From NCBI RefSeq assembly GCF_006345805.1, contig NC_043004.1, positions 100,688,001-100,752,000 on the forward strand: a DNA stretch of 64,000 nt, written 5' to 3'. A program made the translations under genes and the position numbers. Below the pieces are notes generated by a model that saw nothing but the letters and a program-made list of their open reading frames with translations, searched no databases and was not told the origin of the DNA. Source of the DNA: Octopus sinensis (taxonomy: Eukaryota). This document shows, one piece after another, positions 62,851 to 64,000 of this stretch; within the stretch, counting starts at the first letter, position 1; each line of letters begins with the position of its first letter.

Positions 62851-63232
62851 AGGAGTGGCTGTGTGGTAAGTAGCTTGCTTATCAACCACATGGTTCCGGG
62901 TTCACTCCCAATGCGTAGCACCTTGGGCAAGTGTCGTCTCCTATAGCCTCGGGCCGATCAAAGCCTTGTGAATGGATTTGATAGACGGAAACTGAAAGAA
63001 GCCTGTCGTGTATATATATATATGTGTGTGTGTTTGCCTCTCACCCACCATCGCTTGACAACCGATATTGGTGTGATTACGTCCTTGTAACTTAGCGGTT
63101 CGACAAAAGAAACAGATAGAATAAATACTAGGCTTACAAAGAATAGGTCCTGGTGTCGATTTGATCGACTAAAAGCGGTGCTTCTGCCTGGCCGCAGTCA
63201 AATTACTGAAACAAGTAAAAGAATAAAAGAAT
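62851..63232 (+). mobile_element. Full-length SINE group B
   Basis: aggagtggctgtgtggtaagtagcttgc through ctgaaacaagtaaaagaataaaag. Confidence 0.9.
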
Positions 63233-63294
63233 ATACATATATATATATATATCATGTTACTCCAATTCATTTTATTGTGTGAAGGCTTCTGACC

Positions 63295-63589
63295 TAGTAT
63301 CTACGGTATTCGGCTCGCAATCGTTATGTGGTGAGTTCGATTCGCTGTGGCACATTATATCTGTTGAGCAAGACTTCATTTCACTTTACTCCAGTCCATT
63401 CAGCTGGCATACATGAGCTGTACCTGGATTTCAAAGGACCGGCCTAGTTACACTGAAACTCCCTGAGAACTAGGTTAAGGGTTCGCTTGTATGTGGAGTG
63501 CTCAGCCACTCGCACGTTAATTTCCCGAGCCGGCTGTTCCGTTGATCAGATCAAAGTGGAATCCTCGTCGTCATAACCAACGGAGTGCC
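63295..63589 (+). mobile_element. Chimeric or related SINE: group C-like CORE head with group A 3' tail
   Basis: gagcaagacttcatttcactttactccagtccattcagctg (C-like), then ctgtacctggatttcaaaggaccggcc...ggagtgctcagccact...cgtcataaccaacggagtgcc (A tail). Confidence 0.75.
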
Positions 63590-64000
63590 AATTATCTATT
63601 GTTTTTAGTGTCAATCATTTGACCATAGCTGTAGTACTATTTTCGAGAGTTAAGAGGATTAAATCCACTCCAGTATTTGAAAGGTAATAATTTTGTGGAT
63701 TTTCTGGGAAATTTGGACTCGGAACGCAAAGTGATGTAAATGTATACTCGCAAATTACTTTTTTCGACTCACCAACAATTCTGTCATCCAATAATGAAAA
63801 CAGAAAACGTGTTTTGGGGTACCGCATTTGTAAATCGTCATCAATTGTCCATAGATGTCTGCTCTTGTATTGAAAGTTAAATCTCTAGTGATTAAACCTA
63901 TGAGATAGGAGGAAAAATTTTAATTCTACACTTCCGGTTAGTATAAGACAGCTACCCAGTAATTGGGTTGCTGTATAAGAACATAAAATTTCTTCGAGTG

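Noticed and set aside
63949-63977. Small hairpin acagctacccagtaattgggttgctgt
   Set aside because: Too short and imperfect to assign, and the context is cut by the window end.

Overview
Eukaryotic, AT-rich, intronic or intergenic animal DNA. The repeat families and the very high microsatellite load look like those of a coleoid cephalopod, most likely an octopus; this is recognition from memory, not a database search. No protein-coding gene can be identified with confidence. Nearly all listed ORFs are translations of (TA)n, (TG)n, (TACA)n, (GATA)n or (GGT)n tracts, or of SINE copies. Contents: (1) about 40 copies or fragments of four tRNA-headed SINE groups, given working labels A, B, C and D, several with 10-16 bp target-site duplications (TSDs) and several head/tail chimeras; (2) decayed relics of a Tigger/pogo transposase, mariner, an R4/Dong-like LINE, a CR1-like LINE and probably a Penelope-like element; (3) two non-autonomous Helitron-type elements; (4) several long inverted-repeat elements, mostly nested in (TA)n, including a 171-bp-arm near-perfect palindrome; (5) a ~1.5 kb (GGT)n-rich block; (6) two promoter-like motif clusters and a few weak candidate exons. 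The most notable observations are a CR1-like insertion with twin-priming (5'-inversion) geometry, a 3' stem-loop shared by that LINE and SINE B, two minimal hammerhead-like motifs with compensatory base changes, and SINE D inserting repeatedly into itself at the same two sites. I found no novel multi-gene system. Coordinates of degenerate repeats are approximate.
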